Shown here: positions 56,172 through 64,000 of the stretch, piece after piece | Numbering within the stretch: the stretch's first letter is position 1 | How the letters are laid out: the number at the start of each line of letters is the position of its first letter | Assembly (NCBI GenBank): GCA_964524755.1 | Contig: CAZGDR010000001.1 | Span: 39,708 to 103,707, forward strand | Direction: 5' to 3' | DNA from: an uncultured Spirochaetaceae bacterium | Lineage (GTDB): Bacteria > Spirochaetota > Spirochaetia > Sphaerochaetales > Sphaerochaetaceae | Length of the DNA: 64,000 nt | The notes under the pieces: generated by a model | What the model saw: the letters and a program-made list of their open reading frames with translations, nothing else | Database searches by the model: none | What the model was told of the DNA's origin: nothing | Made by a program: the position numbers and the translations under genes

Positions 56172-56198
56172 GAACCCCACATACTCGATGTGGGGTTC
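56172..56198. terminator. Shared hairpin between convergent gltA and aconitase
   Basis: GAACCCCACATactcgATGTGGGGTTC: an 11-bp perfect stem in a 40-nt gap. Confidence 0.7.
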
Positions 56199-56203
56199 AT
56201 ACG

Positions 56204-58156
56204 TTAAAGAGTTCGTTTTGTGTAATTTAACAGGCCACCAGCAAGTAAGATATCTACCTGCCGGGCACTGATGTTGGCCCTAGTCTTAATCTCCTTCTGC
56301 TGCGTCTTATTAACTAGTACAATAGGTTTTTGACTCTCTACCATAGCTTTCAGTTGTGTATGGAGTGCCTCTATGTACAGAGAATCACCTTGTGCAACCT
56401 GTTCATAATCAGCTTCAGAAATAAACTCCAGAGGGAGAATGCCAAAATTGCAGAGATTCGCCTGATGGATCCTTTCAAATGAGATTGCTAAAACTACTCG
56501 TACCCCTAAGTACATAGGACAAATTGCCGCATGCTCACGACTCGACCCCTGCCCATATGATTCTCCAGCCACCACCATATTAGCCAACTCTTTCTTTTGG
56601 TTCTCTTGGGCTCTATCATGGAAGGTAGGATCTACTCCTTCAAACGTATACCGTGCATAGGCGGGAATATTTGAACGATATTTCAAGCGAGCACCAGCCG
56701 GCATAATATGGTCTGTTGTAATTTTATCACCAACTTTTAAGGTACAAACACCTTCAATGGAGGTGGGCAAAGGAGTATTTTTAGGAGGATCCCCAATATT
56801 GGGTCCTCGCAGTACCTCAACGGCAGCACCATTTTCAGGTGGAAAAATAAGCATTCGATCGTCAACGATAAACTGACGTACTTCGATAGGTTTGGGGTAT
56901 GCTATACCATGTTTGCTTAGTGGGTCGGTAAAAGTTCCAGTAATGGCACTGAGAGCTGCCGTTTCGGGGCTGACCAAATAAACTTGAGCACTCTTTGTAC
57001 CGCTACGTCCCTCAAAGTTTCTATTATTGGTCCGTAAAGAAACTGCATCTGTCTCTGGGCTCTGATGGTTTCCTATACAAAAGCCACAGGCGCTCTCAAG
57101 TATTCGAGCACCGGCAAGTATCATCTTTTCTAAAGAACCGTCTTTAGCGAGCATCATCATGACTTCCCGTGATCCAGGAGCGATACCTAAACTCACTGTA
57201 GGGGCAACACTATGCCCATCCAAGACCTCAGCTACCCGATGTAACTCAGCGTATGAGCTGTTGGTACAACTACCAATAAGCACCTGCTGAATAGGCATCC
57301 CAGCAACCTGTTCTACATTCACAACATTACCTGGTGAGTGGGGAGCAGCAGTTTTAGGAACTACTTTTCCTAGATCTATCGTAAAAGTACTATCGTAGAC
57401 AGCATCTTTGTCAGGCGCTAAAGGTCGGTACGTTTGAGAACGGTTTTGGGCTGTTAAAAACTGTTTGGTCACTTCATCGGAGGGAAAGAGTGAAGTCGTT
57501 ACACCACATTCTGCACCCATGTTACACATGGTAGCTCGTTCAGGGACACTCAGTGAAGCAACGCCCTCGCCGGTATACTCAAATACAGAGTTCACATTCC
57601 CTTTCACTCCAAAGTGCTCCAAGACGGTCAGGATAACATCTTTAGCAGTTACCCAAGGGCGCAACTTTCCAGTAAGGTGAATCTCAATCACTTTAGGGGC
57701 AATGAGGTGGAAAGCCCCCCCTCCCATCGCTACAGCGATATCTAACCCACCGGCACCAATAGCTATCATTCCCAAGCCTCCTCCGGTAGGAGTGTGGGAA
57801 TCAGAACCTAGGAGTGTTTTGCCAGGTTCTCCGAACCGTTCTAAATGCACCTGATGGCATATACCGTTTCCAGGACGTGAATAGATTATCCCATAACGGG
57901 CAGCTACACTTTGCAGGTAGCGATGATCATCTGCATTTTCAAAGCCCACTTGGATGGTGTTGTGGTCTACATAACTCACAGCTAGTTCATTTTTCACCTG
58001 ATCGAGTCCCATGGCTTCAAATTGCAAATAGGCCATAGTCCCCGTAGCATCCTGCGTAAGGGTTTGATCAATACGAATTGCAATCTCGTTTCCGGCTGCA
58101 AGAGTTCCTTCAACGATGTGTTCTTGCAATATCTTGTATGTTAAGGAAGAGCTCAT
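56204..58156 (-). CDS. Aconitate hydratase (short ~650-aa form)
   Basis: Aconitase-family Fe-S ligand regions (GSDSHT, IGSCTNSS, CGFCIGN) and a C-terminal swivel domain (GESYGQGSSREHAA). Confidence 0.88.
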   Translation of the reverse strand: MSSSLTYKILQEHIVEGTLAAGNEIAIRIDQTLTQDATGTMAYLQFEAMGLDQVKNELAVSYVDHNTIQVGFENADDHRYLQSVAARYGIIYSRPGNGICHQVHLERFGEPGKTLLGSDSHTPTGGGLGMIAIGAGGLDIAVAMGGGAFHLIAPKVIEIHLTGKLRPWVTAKDVILTVLEHFGVKGNVNSVFEYTGEGVASLSVPERATMCNMGAECGVTTSLFPSDEVTKQFLTAQNRSQTYRPLAPDKDAVYDSTFTIDLGKVVPKTAAPHSPGNVVNVEQVAGMPIQQVLIGSCTNSSYAELHRVAEVLDGHSVAPTVSLGIAPGSREVMMMLAKDGSLEKMILAGARILESACGFCIGNHQSPETDAVSLRTNNRNFEGRSGTKSAQVYLVSPETAALSAITGTFTDPLSKHGIAYPKPIEVRQFIVDDRMLIFPPENGAAVEVLRGPNIGDPPKNTPLPTSIEGVCTLKVGDKITTDHIMPAGARLKYRSNIPAYARYTFEGVDPTFHDRAQENQKKELANMVVAGESYGQGSSREHAAICPMYLGVRVVLAISFERIHQANLCNFGILPLEFISEADYEQVAQGDSLYIEALHTQLKAMVESQKPIVLVNKTQQKEIKTRANISARQVDILLAGGLLNYTKRTL

Positions 58157-58206
58157 ACATAACTCCTTGTAATGGTATAGTAACTATCATGCATAAAAGA
58201 CAATTA

Positions 58207-59433
58207 TTAGTATAGAGCTGAGCGTTGACCAATTTTAAATATATGCGTCACTACACCTACCATGAAAGGAACGGCAACTAACAAGGAGCATCCATATAAT
58301 ACACTGGGAAAATTGAGGTTTTGGTAGATAGTACCCCCTAAGATTGATCCAACGATGGTCCCTACTGTCAATAACATTTCATGAATCATCATCCGTTTTG
58401 AGCGGTGTAGGCTGCCAGATGCTCCATGGAAAATACTAAAAGCATAGGTCATCGCAAATACTATTCCAAAGGCGACAAAGAAGAGGGAATAATGGAAAAA
58501 AGAGGTAGCTAACGTCCCCAAAAGACAAATTCCCACAACAAGTAATTGGACAACAAGAACTAGCGGCCGATTAAAGTGCCACCAACTCGTTTTACCCATC
58601 ACCACAAACATTCCTACGGTACTAACGCCTCGAATCAGGAGTAAGGCCCCTACCGCAGCCTCTGAGAAGGGAAGATTATCCATTGCATGCAACGGATAGA
58701 TGGTTAAGATAACTGCTAAGGCAGCATACACAGTGAGTACTCCCGCCCAAGAAAGAAACCGTAAAGGGGTACTTTGATCTTCTCCCTCTGACTGCTGTAT
58801 ATTCTGAAATTCCGAGACCACAGCTCGTATGGATGGAATGGCCAAGGTCGAAATAGCCAGTAGCAAAAAAACAAGGGCAAAGAGAATTATTGAAGCTACA
58901 AGGGGAGCTCGGGTAGCAGTTCCCACTAACACCCCAGTGAGTAGTGGAGAGGTTGCAGCTCCAAGACTCCAAGAGACATTAAAAGAACTAGTGGCTTTGT
59001 TTAATGCCCTTCCCTCTTTACCCCGAGTAATCCAAGCGGCTAGTTGTGGCCACAGAAAAGACATAGCTGCGCCATACCCCACTAAAGCTATAAAAGCGAT
59101 AGTAATTGAATTGGTATACATCACCATGCCAATTGAAACAGCCATGCCGAGCATGGAGAAGTTTACACTCTGGCGCGGTTTTAAGCGTGAGGCAAGGGGG
59201 CCTAAGGCTAAACAGCAAATAAAATAGGTAAAGGTATAGATGGCAGCTGAAACTCCAACCATCTGCGCCGAGAGGTTAAATTGTAAGCGCATATGATAAA
59301 CTAAAGCCAAGTTTGCCATTGATATAGCGAACTGGGCCAGGAAAGAGGCTGAGCTAAGAATTCTTGATTGCAACTGTACACTTTTATGGAATGCCATAAG
59401 CCTAGTTGTACAGAGAATTTTCAACTCAGACAA
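58207..59433 (-). CDS. MFS transporter
   Basis: 408 aa, ~12 TM helices, 6+6 layout with a central loop. Substrate unknown. Confidence 0.7.
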   Translation of the reverse strand: MSELKILCTTRLMAFHKSVQLQSRILSSASFLAQFAISMANLALVYHMRLQFNLSAQMVGVSAAIYTFTYFICCLALGPLASRLKPRQSVNFSMLGMAVSIGMVMYTNSITIAFIALVGYGAAMSFLWPQLAAWITRGKEGRALNKATSSFNVSWSLGAATSPLLTGVLVGTATRAPLVASIILFALVFLLLAISTLAIPSIRAVVSEFQNIQQSEGEDQSTPLRFLSWAGVLTVYAALAVILTIYPLHAMDNLPFSEAAVGALLLIRGVSTVGMFVVMGKTSWWHFNRPLVLVVQLLVVGICLLGTLATSFFHYSLFFVAFGIVFAMTYAFSIFHGASGSLHRSKRMMIHEMLLTVGTIVGSILGGTIYQNLNFPSVLYGCSLLVAVPFMVGVVTHIFKIGQRSALY

Positions 59434-59496
59434 GAGTAAAACCCATTAAGGCATAACTGTATTGCAGAAATCATGGTAAAACAGTAAAGTACAGAT

Positions 59497-59946
59497 ATGG
59501 AGATACTTCTTTCAAATAGACCGTTACTTGCGGCTTTAGCAGCTGCTTTTATTACTCAATTTCTAAAACCATTCTTACTGTGGCCAATTGAAAGAAAATT
59601 TCATGCGGAACTTTTTGTAAGTACCGGAGGTATGCCCTCTTCCCATACCTCGATGGTGGTAGCACTCTGCACGAGTATTCTTATTACAGAAGGGGTCCAG
59701 AGTCTCGCCTTTGCCATATCGTTAACCTTTAGTTTGATTACTATGCATGATGCTATGGGAATCCGTAGAGCCGCTGGTAAACAAGCCAAAGTAATTAATG
59801 ATTGGAGCCGCATCTTGACCCAAATCCATGAAGATGGCCAATTCACCCCCGAAAACCTTAAAACTATGCTTGGTCATAGTTTCATGCAAGTTTTAGGGGG
59901 GACCGTAATAGGACTTCTCGCCGGATTTATTATCACTCTGGCTTAG
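59497..59946 (+). CDS. Divergent PAP2 family membrane protein (DUF212, YuiD-like)
   Basis: GGMPSSHTS, ITMHDAMGIRRAAGKQA and LGHSFMQVLGG are colinear with B. subtilis YuiD as I recall it. Confidence 0.8.
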   Translation: MEILLSNRPLLAALAAAFITQFLKPFLLWPIERKFHAELFVSTGGMPSSHTSMVVALCTSILITEGVQSLAFAISLTFSLITMHDAMGIRRAAGKQAKVINDWSRILTQIHEDGQFTPENLKTMLGHSFMQVLGGTVIGLLAGFIITLA

Positions 59947-60028
59947 TGAATAATTATACAAACATTGTTGACATTCTTTGCATAATTATGTAAATTCTAG
60001 CAATCTGTTCTATACCTTGGAGGTTGCT

Positions 60029-60781
60029 ATGAAAAAAACTATAGTTTTAACTATTGTATGTCTCATTTTAGGATTTACTCTCTTTGCTGGTGGGGCCAAA
60101 GAAGAGGTGGATTATACTTTTGCTGCCGACTGCACTTGGCCACCATTAGAATTTGTTGATGAAAGTGGTGCCATTGTTGGCTTTGAAATAGATCTTATCG
60201 CTGCGATTGGTGAAAAATCAGGTTATGCCATGGTTACCCGTAACGTAGCTTGGGAAGGTATTTTTGCGGGCTTAGATAATGGTGCTTACGACGGAGTAGC
60301 CTCCGGTGTGACCGTTACCGAAGAACGTAAAGGAACTATGGATTTCACTACCCCTATTTTAGAAGTAACGCAATCAATTATTGTCCATAAGGGAAACTCT
60401 GCAATTACAAGCGAGAAAGATCTTGCTGGTAAAAAAGTTGGTGTCCAGATTGGCACAACTGGTCATTTTGCAGCTGAAAAGATTGATGGCGTCACGGTTA
60501 AAGCCTATGACGATATTGGATTGGCTATTGAAGATCTGTTAAATAAGAATCTTGACGCCGCCGTGGCTGATTCACTTATTGCAGCTGAGTTTGTTTTAGA
60601 TAATGCAAACTATGCTGACAAATTACAGATCAATGGTAATATCAGTGGCGATAAAGAGCAAATCGCTATTGCTGTTAAAAAAGGCAACACTGAGTTGCTT
60701 ACTATTTTGAATGATACATTAGCAGCTTTAAAAGCGGATGGGACTCTAGACGACCTTAAAAAACAATGGAATATACTCTAA
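60029..60781 (+). CDS. Polar amino acid ABC transporter substrate-binding protein
   Basis: Start moved to MKKTIVLTIV, which has GGAGG 5 nt upstream. Signal peptide plus a type-3 SBP fold (GFEIDLI, GLDNGAYD, TEERK). Confidence 0.85.
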   Translation: MKKTIVLTIVCLILGFTLFAGGAKEEVDYTFAADCTWPPLEFVDESGAIVGFEIDLIAAIGEKSGYAMVTRNVAWEGIFAGLDNGAYDGVASGVTVTEERKGTMDFTTPILEVTQSIIVHKGNSAITSEKDLAGKKVGVQIGTTGHFAAEKIDGVTVKAYDDIGLAIEDLLNKNLDAAVADSLIAAEFVLDNANYADKLQINGNISGDKEQIAIAVKKGNTELLTILNDTLAALKADGTLDDLKKQWNIL

Positions 60782-60799
60782 AAAGATGATGAACTTATA

Positions 60800-60830
60800 A
60801 GAGCCGAAGCTCATACGCTCCGGCTCTTTG
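60800..60830 (+). terminator. Intercistronic hairpin (partial terminator or mRNA stabiliser) between the SBP and permease genes
   Basis: AGAGCCGaAGCtcatacGCTcCGGCTCTTTG: a 10-bp interrupted stem followed by TTTG. Confidence 0.4.
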
Positions 60831-60845
60831 TAGTGCAGAGGAAAC

Positions 60846-61700
60846 ATGCAAAAGAATACTAAAAATGAATATAAAGAGCACTCTTCGTTAGTGAAACAAT
60901 TGGTTTCTAAAGTTCACGAGGATCATAAACCTCTGCCAAAAATCCAAATGACGGATGGGGTGCTTATCCCTAACAGAAATGACCACCATGTCTTTAATTC
61001 ATGGAGGCTTACTTTTTTATTGGCTGTAGTACTCCTCAGTTCCCTAGTTATTTTTGTTAAAGATCCTTATAGATCTATATTTTTAGTAGTCATTCAGGGA
61101 GCTCCTACTACATTCCAAGTCACTATTTTATCTATCACAGGAGCTATCATCATTGGTCTTTTTTGTGGTCTCGGTGCTGTTTCAAAAAGCCGTATCATAA
61201 ATATGATTAGCGGTGTGTATGTAGAGTTTATACGAGGCATTCCCCTCCTCGTGCAACTTATATTTATCTATTACGCCATGGGTCGGCTCTTTAGAATTGA
61301 AGGTATGATTGCTGCCGTAGCAGCTCTTTCAATCTGTTTTGGAGCCTATATGGGAGAGATTGTGCGGGCAGGGATTCAGGCTATACCAAAGGGGCAGATG
61401 GAAGCTGCTATAGCTCTAGGGCTCTCACGTGGGCAAGCTTTCCGCTATGTAATTCTTCCTCAGACTATCAGGGTCATACTACCTGCTATCGGCAATGAGT
61501 TTATCTCTATGTTAAAAGATTCGTCTTTAGTTTCAACGATTGCTCTAACCGATATTTTACGTAAAGGACGAGAATATATTTCTCGGACGTTCCTTTCCCT
61601 TGAAACCATGTTGATTGTTGCTCTCGTATATCTAGTTATTACCTTAGTGTTATCTCGCATGGTTGGACTCCTTGAAGAGAGGTTACATAAAAATGGTTAG
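60846..61700 (+). CDS. Amino acid ABC transporter permease
   Basis: EAA-loop region ([21 protein letters not shown]) typical of HisM/GlnP-type permeases, with an unusually long (~60 aa) N-terminal cytoplasmic extension. Confidence 0.85.
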   Translation: MQKNTKNEYKEHSSLVKQLVSKVHEDHKPLPKIQMTDGVLIPNRNDHHVFNSWRLTFLLAVVLLSSLVIFVKDPYRSIFLVVIQGAPTTFQVTILSITGAIIIGLFCGLGAVSKSRIINMISGVYVEFIRGIPLLVQLIFIYYAMGRLFRIEGMIAAVAALSICFGAYMGEIVRAGIQAIPKGQMEAAIALGLSRGQAFRYVILPQTIRVILPAIGNEFISMLKDSSLVSTIALTDILRKGREYISRTFLSLETMLIVALVYLVITLVLSRMVGLLEERLHKNG

Positions 61701-62436
61701 AATACGAATAGAAAACTTAGATAAAGATTTTACCACGCCCAACAATGAATCACTGCATGCAGTAAAAAACGCTTCGCTATCTGTTGAACAAGGTGAAGTA
61801 GTGGTAATCATTGGTCCCTCTGGAAGTGGTAAGAGCACGCTTTTACGAAGCATAAATAAACTAGAAATCCCTACTGCGGGGAGAATCTTCATCGATGAAG
61901 ATGAGGTCACCGGTAACGCAGATATTCGCAAGATACGAGAAGAAGTAGGCATGGTCTTTCAAAGCTTCAACCTCTTCCCTCACCTATCGGTACTGGAAAA
62001 TATTACCCTTGGTCCAATCAAAGTGAAACGGATGGAAAAAAGTGCGGCTAATACATTGGGGATGGAACTTTTAGCTCGGGTAGGATTATCCGAAAAAGCT
62101 GATAGTCATCCTAATCAACTCTCAGGAGGACAACAACAGCGGGTTGCAATTGCCAGAGCTTTAGCAATGAGTCCAAAAGTTATGCTTTTTGATGAACCTA
62201 CCAGTGCCCTCGACCCCGAGATGATTAAAGAGGTCCTCGATGTGATGCTCTCCTTAGCCAAATCGGGGATGACGATGTTGATCGTCAGTCATGAAATGGG
62301 GTTTGCCTCAGCGGCAGCTGATCGTGTGGTATTCATGGATGCTGGAGAAATTATTGAAGTGGACACACCTCAAAATCTATTCAACAATCCACAATCAGAG
62401 AGGACAAAACAGTTTCTTAAACATATTCTCAAATAA
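61693..62436 (+). CDS. Amino acid ABC transporter ATP-binding protein
   Basis: Start at MVRIRIENL, overlapping the permease stop. [24 protein letters not shown] and [10 protein letters not shown]. Confidence 0.92.
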   Translation: MVRIRIENLDKDFTTPNNESLHAVKNASLSVEQGEVVVIIGPSGSGKSTLLRSINKLEIPTAGRIFIDEDEVTGNADIRKIREEVGMVFQSFNLFPHLSVLENITLGPIKVKRMEKSAANTLGMELLARVGLSEKADSHPNQLSGGQQQRVAIARALAMSPKVMLFDEPTSALDPEMIKEVLDVMLSLAKSGMTMLIVSHEMGFASAAADRVVFMDAGEIIEVDTPQNLFNNPQSERTKQFLKHILK

Positions 62437-62596
62437 AGTTGTGAACCCATGAGCTCCTTCATTAGGTCTCAGCTTATCATACTGCTCAATCACGTTGATT
62501 TGCTATTTTTTAATTTTACAAGAGCTTATATTCTCTTCTCATTATATAAGACGACCTAACATTGTCATCTTTTTCATATTCCTCTACTATGCATCC

Positions 62597-63265
62597 ATGA
62601 AAAAAGAACAATCTTGGATTTCTAGACATATTACGTTACACGACCACGCTGATGAGAAGGCTGAACGAGAAAACATGATCACTCATGCTATTGGTATTGT
62701 CCTGGCCATTATCTTCTCTTTCATCGTCATCTTTAAAAAGAGTGCCTATGTTTATACCAGAACATGGGTTGGGATGCTTATATATGCTGCTACACTGGTG
62801 TTACTCTATACCTCTTCAACGCTCTACCATCATCTCCCTAAAGGTGATTTAAAACGAGTATTCCGTCTTTTAGATCATGCCAATATTTACCTTTTAATAG
62901 CTGGGACCTACTCCCCAATTTTATTATTTATAGGTAATGAGGCCGCTATACGGGTCTTATACATTGTATGGGGTGTTGCACTATTGGGGATTCTCTTTAG
63001 TCTTATTTTCTGGGGTAAACTAAAGATCCTCCATGTTCTATTTTATCTTGCTATGGGCTGGATGATTGTCTTCTTCTGGAAAGACATTGTCCCTTTTATC
63101 CCCACCAATCTCTTATTTTGGATCATCGCGGCGGGGTTGACCTATACGGTGGGTGTTATCTTCTATTCTAAAAAACACTTACCCCATAGCCATATGATTT
63201 GGCACCTGTTTTGTGTAGTTGCCAGCTCTCTTTTTTGTATTGGCTTTTTGCTCCATCTCCATTGA
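62597..63265 (+). CDS. Hemolysin III / PAQR family membrane protein
   Basis: Start moved to MKKEQSW. Seven TM helices, SSTLYH, DHANIYLLIAGTYSP and a terminal HMIWHLF motif. Confidence 0.85.
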   Translation: MKKEQSWISRHITLHDHADEKAERENMITHAIGIVLAIIFSFIVIFKKSAYVYTRTWVGMLIYAATLVLLYTSSTLYHHLPKGDLKRVFRLLDHANIYLLIAGTYSPILLFIGNEAAIRVLYIVWGVALLGILFSLIFWGKLKILHVLFYLAMGWMIVFFWKDIVPFIPTNLLFWIIAAGLTYTVGVIFYSKKHLPHSHMIWHLFCVVASSLFCIGFLLHLH

Positions 63266-63282
63266 GACGGTTCTGGACAGAG

Positions 63283-64000
63283 ATGCTCAGTCACGTTACA
63301 GTAGCTTACATGGAACCATCTACTAGTCCTCTAGACCGTTTTAACACTTTCTACTCAACGCACTACCTGCAACGTTGGCCTGCGCTACGAGAGGCTCTTT
63401 TAGCCCCTTCAACGCCAGTGGCGCTAGCAGAAGGTTTAGAGAAAACCTATTATTTAGATGAAGGCTCAATCATTGCTACCAAGATGCTTCCTATCCAGGC
63501 TGAGGACACGGTGCTAGATATGTGTGCTGCACCTGGAGGAAAAAGTTTAATTCTTGCTACAGCCCTGAACGGCTCTGGATCTCTGGTGTGTAATGATCGT
63601 TCTAGCCAACGACGGCAACGTTTAAGGAGAGTGATCGAAGAACATCTTAGCAAGGAACTGCAGGCACCTATAACTTTCACTAGTCATGATGCCACCCGGT
63701 GGGGGTTGTATGAACAGTCACTCTACGATGCTATTTTACTCGATGCCCCCTGTTCGTCCGAAAGACATGTGCTGCAAGACCCTAAATTTCTGGCACAGTG
63801 GAGTCCTTCTCGTACCAAGCGACTCGCAATTCAACAATTTGCGATGTTGGCCGCGGCCTTAGAAGCCGTAAAACCACAGGGATATGTGCTTTACAGCACG
63901 TGTTCGATCAGTCCGCTAGAAAATGAAGAAGTCATTGCAAAACTAGAGAAAAAGCGTAAAGGACGCTATGAAGAGATCAAGCTTGAATCTCCCTATGCTG
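63283..64000 (+). CDS. NOL1/NOP2/Sun-family RNA (cytosine-C5)-methyltransferase, 3'-truncated by window edge
   Basis: Not in the ORF track (runs off the window). The frame from ATG 63283 (or 63310) reads ...YYLDEGSIIATKMLPIQAEDTVLDMCAAPGGKSLIL..NDRS..ILLDAPCSSERH..YSTCSISPLENEEV: the SAM motif plus both catalytic Cys motifs. Confidence 0.8.
   Translation, partial: MLSHVTVAYMEPSTSPLDRFNTFYSTHYLQRWPALREALLAPSTPVALAEGLEKTYYLDEGSIIATKMLPIQAEDTVLDMCAAPGGKSLILATALNGSGSLVCNDRSSQRRQRLRRVIEEHLSKELQAPITFTSHDATRWGLYEQSLYDAILLDAPCSSERHVLQDPKFLAQWSPSRTKRLAIQQFAMLAAALEAVKPQGYVLYSTCSISPLENEEVIAKLEKKRKGRYEEIKLESPYA

Noticed and set aside
58829-59227. 132-aa plus-strand ORF, with 98-aa and 66-aa minus-strand ORFs in the same region.
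   Set aside because: All lie within the MFS transporter gene, antisense or in alternative frames, and have shadow-frame composition.
1-64000. I looked for CRISPR arrays, tRNA or rRNA genes, IS elements, integrases, prophage or toxin-antitoxin-like cassettes and long direct repeats.
   Set aside because: I saw no regularly spaced repeats, no tRNA-like GGTTCGAATCC/T-arm motifs, and no transposase, integrase or recombinase-like ORFs. The window reads as core chromosome. A computational repeat or tRNA scan could still find things missed by eye.

Overview
This is a dense chromosomal segment of mostly housekeeping genes. It holds about 60 protein genes on both strands, is roughly 90% coding, and looks mid-40s %GC by eye. 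I recognised no rRNA, tRNA, CRISPR array, transposase, integrase or phage gene.

Gene order, left to right:
- guaB (partial)
- GH13 glycosidase, amylosucrase and a LacI-family regulator
- Zn/Cd-type P1B ATPase
- two tandem EF-G paralogues
- trmB, mfd, an IMPase-family gene
- an operon of ACT-like protein, P-loop NTPase and yhhQ
- nrdR and a dGTPase-like gene
- a chain of overlapping genes: membrane protein, aroK, aroC, XPB helicase, p52/Tfb2-like protein
- an aroD-aroE fusion, an ABC-F ATPase, maf
- rpsB-tsf-frr-uppS-cdsA-dxr-rseP
- dnaB-rplI-yybS-rpsR-ssb-rpsF on the minus strand
- an unlisted 30-aa bS22-like gene and an EIIC-like permease
- murD, femAB-metG, hflKC
- fur, a lipoprotein, argG, arsR
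- an oxidoreductase, gltA, aconitase
- an MFS transporter, a DUF212 protein, an amino-acid ABC transporter, hemolysin III, and a partial NOL1/NOP2/Sun methyltransferase

The gene content and synteny would fit a Spirochaetota-like lineage, but that is inference only.

The best candidate for an undescribed system is a full-length XPB (ERCC3-type) helicase translationally coupled to a 671-aa partner. The partner carries a p52/Tfb2-like domain and repeats the GISVDE[VI]L motif of the XPB N-terminal domain, which suggests a minimal TFIIH-like translocase module. It sits inside a shikimate operon.

Secondary leads:
- an EF-G / EF-G-II tandem in which the second copy lacks the catalytic His
- the promoter- and terminator-bounded bS22-like micro-ORF
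- the ACT / NTPase / YhhQ operon
- a promoter-overlapping ArsR/SmtB-type operator candidate at the Zn ATPase, with the matching sensor gene 47 kb away
- an orphan 190-bp region between convergent genes

Several ORF-track starts were revised using RBS positions.
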